Made by a program: the position numbers and the translations under genes. Below are positions 34,368 through 35,204 of a stretch of DNA of 35,204 nucleotides, one piece after another (position 1 is the stretch's first letter; every line of letters begins with the position of its first letter). The notes under the pieces are model-generated. The model did not search any database, was not told the origin of the DNA, and saw only the letters and a program-made list of their open reading frames with translations. This DNA comes from a virus (Duplodnaviria > Caudoviricetes). The stretch covers positions 1-35,204 of IMG/VR virus record IMGVR_UViG_3300032305_002462; one strand, 5' to 3'.

Positions 34368-35038
34368 ATAAATTTTTCCCATTCAATATATGGAGAGATG
34401 CAACAAGATTCTCCATGAGTACATCTACCAGGCATAGGAGAAACTAAAACTCTATTGTTTTTTCCTAAGCCAAGAAACATTTGGTGATCAGCAGGAGGCC
34501 CTGATGTATCGCAAAAGAATTTAATTAAGTTGAAGTCTTGCTTTAGAGTCTTGACCTTTGCCGCAAAGGTCATGCATGTTGAAGGCGTAGTTCGCCAATA
34601 GCATTTTTTACCAGCAAAAATTTCAGAACGTAGTCCATTATACAAGTCTGTATATTTATCAAGATGGTCATAAAGTGTAACGTAATTAGCACCCGTACTA
34701 AATCCGTCAATAAGGTATTCGTCTACATTAGGTAGATGGATATAGTCGTTTTCCACGAAATAAATTATATCTTGGTCAGATCTTTCTTGTATGGCTTTAG
34801 AGACAAACCAAAGAAAACTTCTGCCGTTACCAAGAGATGTTTCTGTTATATTTTTATGAATATCATGTATCTGACTGTAAAACTCTGGACCTGAATTATC
34901 TATGTTTATAGTTAAATTATTTGTATCAGATATACATTTGATAAAATTTTTAAGACATTTTTCATTGGAAATGTAGTCTATAGAATTAGAAGATCCACAT
35001 TTACTGTGCATTCTGTAGTAATAGAATATGTTAGACAT
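34364..35038 (-). CDS. GT-A-like glycosyltransferase
   Basis: IDNS, LGNGRSF, IIYFVENDYIH, YVTLYDH, STCMTFA, SPMPG..TH. Confidence 0.7.
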   Translation of the reverse strand: MSNIFYYYRMHSKCGSSNSIDYISNEKCLKNFIKCISDTNNLTINIDNSGPEFYSQIHDIHKNITETSLGNGRSFLWFVSKAIQERSDQDIIYFVENDYIHLPNVDEYLIDGFSTGANYVTLYDHLDKYTDLYNGLRSEIFAGKKCYWRTTPSTCMTFAAKVKTLKQDFNLIKFFCDTSGPPADHQMFLGLGKNNRVLVSPMPGRCTHGESCCISPYIEWEKFI

Positions 35039-35204
35039 GCTTTTTTATCTCATCAAAAAATTTAAATAAGCCGCCGTTTAAAAATAATCCGCCGTGAAAA
35101 AAACCAGAAAACAGAAGCTTTTTAATTTCTTCTGGATCGTTTTCGTGTTCGATTAGTTCAGGAAACTTTTCTTTAAGCTTCCATTTCTTAAAGAAATGTT
35201 GACC
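35031..35204 (-). CDS. 3' end of a gene truncated by the window edge
   Basis: Open frame from 35204 (GQHFFKKWKLKEKFPE...EIKKHV*) whose stop overlaps the next start. Confidence 0.6.
   Translation of the reverse strand, partial: GQHFFKKWKLKEKFPELIEHENDPEEIKKLLFSGFFHGGLFLNGGLFKFFDEIKKHV

Noticed and set aside
1-35204. Stop-codon reassignment (alternative genetic code)
   Set aside because: The standard code already gives near-complete coding density with full-length conserved enzymes and tight stop/start overlaps.
1-35204. Bacterial chromosome or eukaryotic giant virus origin
   Set aside because: The combination of phage-type dNMP kinase, divergent DnaE/DnaB/DnaG/RecA, many small unknown ORFs, virion-like genes and operonic overlaps fits a large bacteriophage. 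No ribosomal or NCLDV core genes are seen. The host taxon cannot be determined from this window.

Overview
AT-rich, gene-dense window that looks like part of a large tailed dsDNA bacteriophage (jumbo-phage-like) genome. No rRNA, tRNA, CRISPR array or IS element was seen. (1) 1-4459, + strand: end of a probable late/virion module with tail-like proteins, two tandem paralogs, a holin-like membrane protein and a Met-rich protein. (2) 4461-28858, - strand: one long tightly coupled block. It contains a Whirly-like ssDNA-binding protein, a Rad52/Sak-like annealing protein, a glycosyltransferase cluster, SSB, a DnaE-type polymerase split into two intein-free genes with a DnaQ-like exonuclease between them, a PD-(D/E)XK nuclease, dNMP kinase, DnaG primase, DnaB helicase, RecA, dUTPase and a class II ribonucleotide reductase. 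(3) 28888-32438, + strand: a three-gene cassette lying in the opposite orientation within a glycosyltransferase series, including a tandem duplication with a visible junction. (4) 32451-35204, - strand: more glycosyltransferases and a methyltransferase. A GTGTAT-N8-purine motif precedes five genes and is a candidate phage-specific late promoter. Several genes under it share a basic N-terminal leader (MNNL..K/R-L-K-x-A). All family calls come from motif recognition by eye; no database search was run.
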